52,284 nt of DNA from IMG/VR virus record IMGVR_UViG_3300029258_001145, positions 1 through 52,284 of that record; one strand, written 5' to 3'. This DNA comes from a virus. Lineage: Duplodnaviria > Caudoviricetes. Each line of letters opens with the position of its first letter. Position 1 is the stretch's first letter. The translations under genes and the position numbers were made by a program. Positions 45,023 to 52,284 of the stretch are shown in pieces. Under the pieces are notes generated by a model that saw only the letters and a program-made list of their open reading frames with translations, searched no databases and was not told the DNA's origin.

Positions 45023-45526
45023 TTAGCCGCGAACGAGTGATACGGTCGAACGGCTTGTTATCAGCCAGAGTCGTAGGTCGCGCCTGACTTCCGCCGGAAG
45101 CTCACCGGCAGTCCGACCGTGGCGCGGCTCCACACTGATTGGCCCGACCCGAACACTTTCGAAGCCTTCAAGGCCGGTATCGACCAGGAGATCATCAGAG
45201 TCCAGAGCCAAGGCCAGCTTGAATTGTGCGTTCTTGATTCGTTGGGGGATGACGTCATTGTCGAGTGAGTTGCCATCCTCATCATAAAGCCCGTCTCGCG
45301 GGAACTTCATGGCCTGGTCGGCATCACTCTTGACAGCCTTGTAGTTCTCCTGGTCGATACGATCCGCCGCCGTAATCAAAAGCCGGTTTTTCGTGTCATC
45401 CGCTTTCGCGTCCAGGGTTGCAGCAGCAGCATCCGACCGTTCATCGAGCCAAGCATCAAACTCAACCAACGTGCCGTAGCTGTTGGAATCTTCGCCCCCA
45501 ACGGTTGCGTCAATCGTCGCTGCCAC
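45023..45526 (-). CDS. Head-tail adaptor protein (DnaT-like family)
   Basis: SNSYGTL, LITAADRID, QAMKFPR, IPQRIKNAQFKLA, RVGPISV. Confidence 0.8.
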   Translation of the reverse strand: MAATIDATVGGEDSNSYGTLVEFDAWLDERSDAAAATLDAKADDTKNRLLITAADRIDQENYKAVKSDADQAMKFPRDGLYDEDGNSLDNDVIPQRIKNAQFKLALALDSDDLLVDTGLEGFESVRVGPISVEPRHGRTAGELPAEVRRDLRLWLITSRSTVSLVRG

Positions 45527-45989
45527 CAGTCATCTCCATGTAATCCGCCCATGCCGCATTTTCGGCGGCCTCTCGTTTGTGGCCGGCTTTCAGCTCCCGG
45601 CCATCCGGCGAGACGGGCCTGTGCCAGGTGCCACGCTTCTCGATCCGGTAACCCGGCGGAAGTGTCGGGTCCTGATGTTCTTTCAGGTTGGGAAGGCCCG
45701 GCATGGGCTGGGGCGCATCGGCCAGGATACGGACATTGAAACCCGCTTCCTGGAGAGGTGGAACAACCCTCATGGCCGCTTCTGTGACAAAGACCAGATC
45801 CACATCGGCACCACCGACCTGGAACTCGAAATCGCCATCAAAGCGGGCTGCATTTCTAGGCAGCACCCGCCCATCGAAGTCGCCAATCAACCGCAACGCC
45901 TGGTCCGTTTCCCTGGTCCTGCAATACAACAGTGCCAGCATGGCAAGCCTCCAGAGTGGGGCAGGGCCAAGCGGCCCCGCCCCTGTCAT
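45510..45989 (-). CDS. Hypothetical protein after the capsid gene
   Basis: In-operon ORF; start uncertain. Confidence 0.55.
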   Translation of the reverse strand: MTGAGPLGPAPLWRLAMLALLYCRTRETDQALRLIGDFDGRVLPRNAARFDGDFEFQVGGADVDLVFVTEAAMRVVPPLQEAGFNVRILADAPQPMPGLPNLKEHQDPTLPPGYRIEKRGTWHRPVSPDGRELKAGHKREAAENAAWADYMEMTGGSDD

Positions 45990-45992
45990 TGC

Positions 45993-46991
45993 CTACCGGG
46001 TCGTAACGATGACGCCGGGCAGCAGCTTGTTGTCCGCTACGACGGTGTCCCAATTCGTAGCCGTGGCAACGTTCGTGTTGGTCGGGTTGACTCCACCATT
46101 CGTGGTGTCCCACTGACAGCCCAGCAGCCCGAGGTTGTAGGCGTACTCGGCCTGCCACCGGAAGAACAGGTTCTCCGATCCAGTCAACGGACCCTCCATA
46201 ACCGCGATGGGCGGCTCGGAGATATCGACCTGGATGGCTCCCTTGCGGAGGCCGAGAATCGAGTACTTGTCCTGGGCCGAACTCACCCCACCCGTCTCAA
46301 CCAGCGAGGTCGAGTCGATGACCAGTGTGGGCCGGTTCAGGGTGTAGGGGTTGGCCTCATAGAGCGTAGCACCGATATCGGTGGAGCCCCAGATCGTGGC
46401 CGTCGAAGCGAACTGTGCGGCCATCAGATCGAAGTACTGAGCCGAGTGCATGACCCAGAGCACGACTCCGCCAGCCGAATCCCCAGCCTTTTTCAGGCCA
46501 TTTATCATCGCGGCATTCGTGATGGTGGACGCCGTGTTGTCGTACTCCAGTGCGGCAATGCTGTCGAGCTTGGCTTCGCAGGCGGCGAGACCCCGGTCGA
46601 TCATCTCTTTCGGTACCGCAACGGCGGTCTGTTGACCGATGACACGACTGAAGCCCCTCGGATCGAAGCCCTTCTTGCGCTGGGCGTCGATGTTGACCTC
46701 GTAAGGGCCATTCCGGCGGTTCAGCTTGACACTGATGAACTCGTCCTGCGTCAGTGCAGTCGCAGTGACGGTGTCCGAGGACTGTTTGGAGATGTCCCGC
46801 CTGGCGATGGCACTCACCTCATCCCACATCGCCTCCTTCTCGTAGTGCCCGAGAAGGGAGCGGGTGTTCAGGGTGATCGCGCCAGCGGAAGCGGCGTTGA
46901 ATGCGGAAACATTCTGGGCAAGCGTCTCGATGAACCCGCCCTGGAACTGTTCGTCAACAATGACGTAGTTGGCATAGGTAGAGGTAGCCAT
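45993..46991 (-). CDS. Major capsid protein
   Basis: AGGAG SD; follows the scaffold; NVSAFNAASAGAI, WVMHS, C-terminal NPT..ATATNW...PGV. Confidence 0.92.
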   Translation of the reverse strand: MATSTYANYVIVDEQFQGGFIETLAQNVSAFNAASAGAITLNTRSLLGHYEKEAMWDEVSAIARRDISKQSSDTVTATALTQDEFISVKLNRRNGPYEVNIDAQRKKGFDPRGFSRVIGQQTAVAVPKEMIDRGLAACEAKLDSIAALEYDNTASTITNAAMINGLKKAGDSAGGVVLWVMHSAQYFDLMAAQFASTATIWGSTDIGATLYEANPYTLNRPTLVIDSTSLVETGGVSSAQDKYSILGLRKGAIQVDISEPPIAVMEGPLTGSENLFFRWQAEYAYNLGLLGCQWDTTNGGVNPTNTNVATATNWDTVVADNKLLPGVIVTTR

Positions 46992-47024
46992 CTGTGGTCA
47001 GTCTCCTGATTGGAGACCGAGGCG

Positions 47025-47813
47025 CTACTGTCCGTATTCGGCAGCAATCAGTTTCCGAAACGCTTCCTCACCATGCTCTTCGGTGTAGGCGATCTTTTCG
47101 GCCTCGGTCATGTCTTTAAGTGCTTTCGACCGAGCGCCCCTAGCGCCCTTCCGACCGGGGGACCCGCCACCAGTCGCGTCCGAACCCTTGAAGAGGCAGG
47201 CATACTTGGGTACACCACTCATCTCTTCGATCAGTTCGGCCATAGTCATGTCGTTGCCGTCCTTGTTCAGTCGGCGTTCGCCATGCTCATCGACAACGAT
47301 CACCCGCTCTTCGCCGCCCTCCGTAATCGTCTTGGTCTGACCCATGACGTGGGGCAGGGCGGCATCAACAAAGGCATCGGCCTCGTTTAGGTGGGTGACC
47401 GCCGCATTCTTCCTCAGCACGGTATCGAGCTGCTGTCGCAACGAACTGTTTTTCTCTTGTTCCGCCGCGATTGCGCTCTCGTGCGCCTTCTGCTGCTTCT
47501 CGCGCAGCTTCTCCCATTCGCCCTTCTCTTCGGCCTTCTGGGTTTCGCGTTCCTCGCGTTCCTTCCTGAGTTCGGCGAGTTCGGCAAGATCCGTCTCGGG
47601 ATCAAAACCCTCGGGCAAAGAGGACAGTCGCTCCATTGCAGACCGCCGCTTGTCCTTCTCCTTGGCGAGGGCCGATTTCAGACCGGAAACCTCGCCTTCG
47701 GGGACAAACCCCTTGATGGGCCTTAGGTGAAACCCACCGTCCCGCTCTTCGTACAGCTCGTGTAGTGCTTCCGGCACCGTCTCCAACGATTCCAGTGTCA
47801 CTTCGAGATCCAT
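47025..47813 (-). CDS. Capsid scaffold protein
   Basis: LESLETVPEALHELY...GLKSAL.KE coiled coil; C-terminal MTEAEKIAY.EEHG. Confidence 0.85.
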   Translation of the reverse strand: MDLEVTLESLETVPEALHELYEERDGGFHLRPIKGFVPEGEVSGLKSALAKEKDKRRSAMERLSSLPEGFDPETDLAELAELRKEREERETQKAEEKGEWEKLREKQQKAHESAIAAEQEKNSSLRQQLDTVLRKNAAVTHLNEADAFVDAALPHVMGQTKTITEGGEERVIVVDEHGERRLNKDGNDMTMAELIEEMSGVPKYACLFKGSDATGGGSPGRKGARGARSKALKDMTEAEKIAYTEEHGEEAFRKLIAAEYGQ

Positions 47814-47863
47814 ATGTGCGCCCCTCCAGGGCGTGTGTTTCTGCGGCCTAGACCCGCTAAACC

Positions 47864-47912
47864 GGAAAAGAAAAAAGGGGCGACCTCTCCGAAGAGAAAT
47901 CGCCCCACAGCG
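47864..47912 (-). terminator. Intrinsic terminator T2 upstream of scaffold/capsid, with shared motif
   Basis: CGCTGT-GGGGCGATTTCTC-TTCG-GAGAGGTCGCCCC-TTTTTTCTTTT. Confidence 0.85.
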
Positions 47913-47953
47913 AAACCGTTTGAATTGTTGGCGGAGCCCTCGGGCCCCTATTC

Positions 47954-47988
47954 TTTCAACTTAAATTAACCGCCCCCAGGTGGTCAAG
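47954..47988 (-). promoter_or_regulatory. Putative late promoter P2
   Basis: TTGACC-17-TTAAGT; CTTGACCACC-N14-TTAAGTTGAAA matches P1. Confidence 0.7.
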
Positions 47989-48184
47989 GTTTCTCGTCGT
48001 CAACCAAACCAGCGACGGGCCCAAAAAGTTGGCGTTGTAGATCCGCAACTCGTCTATCTGCAAGCTCTGGTGGATAACCAAGCCTGACGAGTTGTTCGAA
48101 GAACCCGACCAAGATGGGTGCGAGTTCTTTACAGTGTGCGGCCAGTTGTTCTGTCGCGTGCGTCATTCGGGGGTCCACAGCCAT
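47984..48184 (-). CDS. Small hypothetical protein
   Basis: MAVDPRMTH...; fills the gap after the head morphogenesis gene. Confidence 0.5.
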   Translation of the reverse strand: MAVDPRMTHATEQLAAHCKELAPILVGFFEQLVRLGYPPELADRRVADLQRQLFGPVAGLVDDEKP

Positions 48185-48192
48185 AGGACAAT

Positions 48193-49227
48193 TTACCCCT
48201 TCGCCCGCAATTCTTCTACCCTGACGGTTGAGCCGTCCGAGCGGACCATATCCCGCAAGGACACCTTGCCAGAGCGGAACAGTTCGGCACGGCCCTTCCC
48301 GAGGATTTCCACCTGTTTGGTTTTCGATTGCTGTTTCAGCCATTGTTCATAGTTGATACCCGCCTTGACGGGGCCCGTCTCGGTTGCCCGCTGGCCGTAA
48401 CCCGAATCATCGACGCCAGACACAACGGGGACAATCCGACTCCTACAGCCCCAATGCTGGGGTGGGCGTTTGGCGTTTGGGTCATCGAACTCGAACTCTT
48501 GCCCATCCAGTGCCATACAGATCGGCGTTGTCCTTGAATCGAGGGTCGCATCATAGCGGTAGCCATCGAGGATATCCTTGTTTGCCTCGAAGCACCGGAA
48601 ATGCGCCCCACCAACCACATGACTGGTCGCCGTCCTGACCAGGCTCGCAGCGTCCCGGGTCGATATCTGCATCACACCACCCTCATAGACGCCCCGCCTC
48701 ACATACCGTCCCCGGACCCGGCGGATCATGTCATCTATCGTTTCGCCGTTCGCGATGCCGATACGAATTTGCTGGGCCGCCCGCCTCGTGACCTTTTCGC
48801 CCTGCTCTTTCCAGAAGTCCTTCAACAACCCACCCTGCACGAAATCAGTATCAATGACCGACTTCATGATATTGATGCCCGTGGGACCCGCTCCAATCGC
48901 CACACCGACCCCCGAAAGATCCCGTAGGTAACTGGCGGCCCACTCTCCCTGGAGTACACCAATTTCCGCCAGTTGCTGTCGGACCTCGCGATGAATGACC
49001 TTGAACGCCTCGCGTGAATCGGCCCTGATCAGCTTCAGCCATTTCGCGACCCGTTCATCACGCCAGCGTTTCGATTTGGGCGCTGTCGGGTCGATCTTCG
49101 CGAGCTGCGCCACCATCTCATCAATCAGGTCTCGGATCAGAGCAGAGGCATCCGCCACAACGCCATTCTGGAGACGTTGCACATTGAGCAGGTTGCGGAC
49201 GTAGGTCTCGGCAGGGTCGTTAGCCAT
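48193..49227 (-). CDS. Head morphogenesis protein (Mu gpF/SPP1 gp7 family)
   Basis: VRTAT, ATLDSRTTPICMALDG, PPQHWGCRS. Confidence 0.93.
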   Translation of the reverse strand: MANDPAETYVRNLLNVQRLQNGVVADASALIRDLIDEMVAQLAKIDPTAPKSKRWRDERVAKWLKLIRADSREAFKVIHREVRQQLAEIGVLQGEWAASYLRDLSGVGVAIGAGPTGINIMKSVIDTDFVQGGLLKDFWKEQGEKVTRRAAQQIRIGIANGETIDDMIRRVRGRYVRRGVYEGGVMQISTRDAASLVRTATSHVVGGAHFRCFEANKDILDGYRYDATLDSRTTPICMALDGQEFEFDDPNAKRPPQHWGCRSRIVPVVSGVDDSGYGQRATETGPVKAGINYEQWLKQQSKTKQVEILGKGRAELFRSGKVSLRDMVRSDGSTVRVEELRAKG

Positions 49228-49315
49228 CAGTCATGTTCCCTCAAAATCTCTGCCGCGAATAGCCCGAAAGCAAAAGCCACCAACCCCCATGCAAGGAGCC
49301 ACCAAAGGTCAGGCG

Positions 49316-49735
49316 TCATGCCGCTTTCTCCATCAGGGAATGGGCTAGGTCACAGACCGCGCCCTCCATAGCGATCCGCCAGTTCTCTTCGACCAGTTCC
49401 TTAAAGGGCACATTGTCCGTACAGGCCACACTGTCCAAGAGAACACAGCGCATCGGTGCTATCGGGATGTGTAGCAGTTCGTGGACCACGGCCTCTTCGC
49501 GGTTCCGGTCATCACGTTCAAGCCAAGAGCCAGCCACCCGGATGCGGGCCCCTCGGTACTCGGGGACCGTGCTGTTCGAGGCATAGGCATCGGGCTCCTC
49601 GCCAATCACGCCCTCGTAATGGACGTGCAATTCGTGACACCATGTCGGTACGAGCCAGAGCCACTTATCGACCAACGGCGCCAGGGACTCCAGCACTTCT
49701 ACCGGAATCTTCTCATCATACCGGGTGCGGGTCAT
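49316..49735 (-). CDS. HExxH metallopeptidase-like protein
   Basis: EEAVVHELLHI...E. Confidence 0.65.
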   Translation of the reverse strand: MTRTRYDEKIPVEVLESLAPLVDKWLWLVPTWCHELHVHYEGVIGEEPDAYASNSTVPEYRGARIRVAGSWLERDDRNREEAVVHELLHIPIAPMRCVLLDSVACTDNVPFKELVEENWRIAMEGAVCDLAHSLMEKAA

Positions 49736-49911
49736 ACCCCCACCCAAACCGGCCCGTCTTCTTCGTCCGTTGCCGGGATCTCCAGGAGGTCAACACGCCG
49801 GGCAGACTCCCCACAGTCATTGCATGGCACCTCATCGGGAACCACGTCAGGATCGAACAGCCGATACGTACTGTGACCGTTCTTGCACACAAACTCGAAG
49901 ACCTCTTTCAT
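49732..49911 (-). CDS. Small zinc-ribbon protein (FmdB-like), 59 aa (not in ORF track)
   Basis: MKEVFEFVCKNGH...PCNDCGESARRV; ATGA overlaps on both sides. Confidence 0.6.
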   Translation of the reverse strand: MKEVFEFVCKNGHSTYRLFDPDVVPDEVPCNDCGESARRVDLLEIPATDEEDGPVWVGV

Positions 49912-50273
49912 TGGTATCCCTCTCGTTCAATGACGTCCGCTAGTTGGATGCGGAACCATTCCTTCTGGTGGGGCGAAAGCACGGAACCGAGGCCGGCACT
50001 CAGCCGGCCAGAGCGTACCGCCTCCTGTCCAAAGGCCAGGAACGCGAGACCAAGCCGTTCACCGTTCTTCTCGCTGTCTGGTGGGCGCTTCTCAAGCCAT
50101 TTCTTTCTGATAAAGTTTTCCGGGTGCAGGCTGATCCAGTGGTCGAGTCTGCCGGGAACCATCCAGCCGACTTTATTGATGGCTATCGTCACGACAGGTC
50201 CCGAATAGAGCTTCCGGAACGCCTTGACATCGTCCCAGACGCAGACAGCACCACCGTAGATCAGGCCGACCAC
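49908..50273 (-). CDS. Paralog of 6539..6997 (N-terminal half only; possibly truncated or fused)
   Basis: GLIYGGAVCVWDD...IAINKVG...LDHWISLHPE aligns with AAVLGSADCLADD...VVVNETG...IDVWVTMHGE. Confidence 0.55.
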   Translation of the reverse strand: MVGLIYGGAVCVWDDVKAFRKLYSGPVVTIAINKVGWMVPGRLDHWISLHPENFIRKKWLEKRPPDSEKNGERLGLAFLAFGQEAVRSGRLSAGLGSVLSPHQKEWFRIQLADVIEREGYQ

Positions 50274-51274
50274 ATCAGATCCTTCAGCCAATCAACGGCC
50301 ATACAACGCTCACGAAACAGTTCACGCTCCGCGTCAAGTCGCTCTGTGACCGAATCGCCCATAGGCTCCATATCCAGATTCGGCGCAATCTCGTCGCGGC
50401 CCATGATCTGGACTGTGGCATGGCCCTCTAACCCCAGCCGCTCGATAGCTACATCCATGGTCTCGGCCTTGTCGGTCGGATAGATCAACTGGGCTGCTGC
50501 ACCATGGACGACCGAAGGCACAAATCCATGAATCCGTGTGCCGATGTAGTAGCGGCACCGCGAATAGAGCTGGTACATATCCCGGTAGTCTGACGAACAG
50601 TAGACGTATTCGGGACCGAACAATTCCTCTGCGGCGCGGATCTCGCGGTTATCGTGGACCGTCACGACCTTTGGCCCGTCCATTGCCTCGAACGCCGCGA
50701 CCATCGCATCATCGAGTTGCTTGGACGGTCCACCATCCCGCAGAACGTGGTGGCGGTTGCCATCATTCGGCCCGAGTCCCATGCCGCGATAGCCGATAAT
50801 GTTCAGGTCACGGTCGCCCCCCAACGGCTTGCAGAACAACGCTGGATCGCACATGGTCACGGAGTCGATGCCCCAGGCGTCAAGATAGCGAGGCGCGATG
50901 TTGTCTCTCGTGATGGCAATATCAACGATTCCGGCCCGCGCCACCGCAGCCATCAGCGTCGAGTGCTCGTCGTTCAGGAAGCCGCCCGTCCGACCGACGC
51001 CTAACAGTGCAATAGGCTTCTGGGCCGACATGCAATGCCGATAGATGGCCTCATTTCGGTCGATCCACTCAGGAGTACCGGCCATGATGATGTAGTCGGA
51101 CAACTCCAGGTTGACCTTCAGGGAGTTGGCGAACATCGACCGGATACCCCAGCCACGGTTCCACCACAGTGTCCGTACATCGGGCTTCAGATTCAGGCAT
51201 CGTAAAAGCCCCTCCCGAATCCAATCATCGCCACAGTTCCATAGCGAAGAAGTCGAGAGTAGGACGGTTCTCAT
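50261..51274 (-). CDS. Polysaccharide pyruvyltransferase family protein
   Basis: N-terminal NCGD, LLGVG, ITRD, CDPA, IGTRIHG. Confidence 0.8.
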   Translation of the reverse strand: MRTVLLSTSSLWNCGDDWIREGLLRCLNLKPDVRTLWWNRGWGIRSMFANSLKVNLELSDYIIMAGTPEWIDRNEAIYRHCMSAQKPIALLGVGRTGGFLNDEHSTLMAAVARAGIVDIAITRDNIAPRYLDAWGIDSVTMCDPALFCKPLGGDRDLNIIGYRGMGLGPNDGNRHHVLRDGGPSKQLDDAMVAAFEAMDGPKVVTVHDNREIRAAEELFGPEYVYCSSDYRDMYQLYSRCRYYIGTRIHGFVPSVVHGAAAQLIYPTDKAETMDVAIERLGLEGHATVQIMGRDEIAPNLDMEPMGDSVTERLDAERELFRERCMAVDWLKDLMWSA

Positions 51275-51837
51275 ACGTATCTCAGCCTCACCATCATAGC
51301 ACCACAGATGTCCCAGAATGTCCGCTTGTGGACTTCCGACCAGTCGTCATAGACCGGGAATGCGTGTGCCGACACGTTGGCCGGTTGTAGACGTTCGCGC
51401 TCCCACTGTACCATGTTCACTGTTTTGGCACCCAATAACGTGGCGCACAGTTTGAAGGCATCGAACTCCTGGATTAGGTCTTCAAGGCGGAACCTATGGG
51501 TGTCGGGTATATCACGCATCATCTTTTCGTTACGCTTGGTCCACGTCGTACACGACTGCTCAAATGGCCAATCGGGTATGTCTACCTTCCTTGTCATTAC
51601 GCTGCGCAGTACCTTGCGACCATCACGCACCTGATGTACCACAGCAACACCGGGATAGGTGTGGCGTAGAAGACTGGAGTCTCTCCAAAAGTTGCCATTA
51701 GATTCGACACCGCCAAAACTCTGACCCAGGCTTTTCCCCATCGACTCATGCCGTGCATCTAAATCGGTACAGGCCGTAAGGGCGCGGGCTATCCAGGTCG
51801 TACCACTCCGACCGTGTGCCAAAACAAAGCCTTTCAT
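51271..51837 (-). CDS. Sulfotransferase
   Basis: PAPS loop GRSGTTW, RHES, HQVRDGRKVLRS, FRLEDL. Confidence 0.85.
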   Translation of the reverse strand: MKGFVLAHGRSGTTWIARALTACTDLDARHESMGKSLGQSFGGVESNGNFWRDSSLLRHTYPGVAVVHQVRDGRKVLRSVMTRKVDIPDWPFEQSCTTWTKRNEKMMRDIPDTHRFRLEDLIQEFDAFKLCATLLGAKTVNMVQWERERLQPANVSAHAFPVYDDWSEVHKRTFWDICGAMMVRLRYV

Positions 51838-52284
51838 GCTACCAGCTTTCGTAACCCCATGATATAGTTGCGCCGCGTTTGGTTCACGCGCCCGTGGAAG
51901 GGGCCGACATGGTTGGTCGGTGGTCTGTGCTCCCGACTCGCTATCGAGTGCTCAATGATGACCGGCTCATCCGTATCGTAGGCCCACGGCTTGTCGAACA
52001 CCCTACAATAGCAGCCCGGCAACCGTTCAACCTTCAAGTGTTCAAGACACGTCACGAGGTACCAAAGATTCTTCTGGCCGCCGCCCTGTGTGACGCCGAT
52101 CTGACGCATGAAGCGGTTGAACATGACCCATGTGTCGAGGAGCTGCCTACAGCCCGTTGTGTCGCCGAGAAACAGGGTTCCTGAGAGCATCCACCAGCCT
52201 TCGTCTCTGACCTTCGACAGATCATGGCCCTTGGCTGGGCCCCGGAACCAGTGGGCCCCAAAATCGACGCCCCTTTCGGCCAGT
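51834..52284 (-). CDS. 3' part of the junction-spanning glycosyltransferase (starts at 386)
   Basis: LSGTLF...WV...QKNL...LPGCYCRVFD...IIEHSIASR. Confidence 0.85.
   Translation of the reverse strand, partial: LAERGVDFGAHWFRGPAKGHDLSKVRDEGWWMLSGTLFLGDTTGCRQLLDTWVMFNRFMRQIGVTQGGGQKNLWYLVTCLEHLKVERLPGCYCRVFDKPWAYDTDEPVIIEHSIASREHRPPTNHVGPFHGRVNQTRRNYIMGLRKLVA
52141..52284. repeat. Terminal direct repeat, copy 2
   Basis: Identical to 1-144. Confidence 0.97.

Noticed and set aside
45483-47009. 508-aa plus-strand ORF
   Set aside because: Antisense shadow of the capsid gene in GC-rich DNA, with no motifs; the same applies to most plus-strand ORFs in the track
52141-52284. 144-bp end repeat as a biological direct terminal repeat
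   Set aside because: It falls mid-gene, far from the terminase genes; more simply an assembler overlap of a circular or permuted genome
1-52284. Alternative genetic code
   Set aside because: Core genes are full length under code 11 and all three stop codons are used at tight gene junctions

Overview
This window is an apparently complete, circularly assembled temperate siphovirus genome of 52,140 bp; bases 1-144 repeat exactly at 52141-52284. Almost all genes are on the minus strand. Reading round the circle from the immunity switch (~29.1 kb: HTH repressor on +, early promoter on -), the order is: early/recombination genes (ParB-like, ERF, YqaJ exonuclease, SSB, RusA-like); a tyrosine integrase and candidate attP inside the early operon; helicase, DNA methylase and replication initiator; terminase and portal. 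A ~10 kb insert follows between portal and head morphogenesis gene, crossing the contig junction. It encodes several glycosyltransferase-like enzymes, a sulfotransferase, a polysaccharide pyruvyltransferase, a lyase/lectin-like protein and an Ig-domain surface protein. Then come scaffold, capsid, connector, tail (with a -1 frameshifted chaperone), lysis genes and a metallophosphoesterase. The most notable observations are: (1) the glycan build-and-decorate cluster inside the head operon; (2) three terminators sharing a 12-nt motif (CGCYGTGGGGCG) in front of the packaging, capsid and tail modules, two of them behind near-identical promoters, suggesting a sequence-specific late antitermination system; (3) several structured RNA leaders and ncRNA candidates; (4) an attP position that would cut replication genes off from the early promoter. 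Protein features suggest a Gemmatimonadota host (inference). All family assignments are from motif recognition by eye; no database searches were run.
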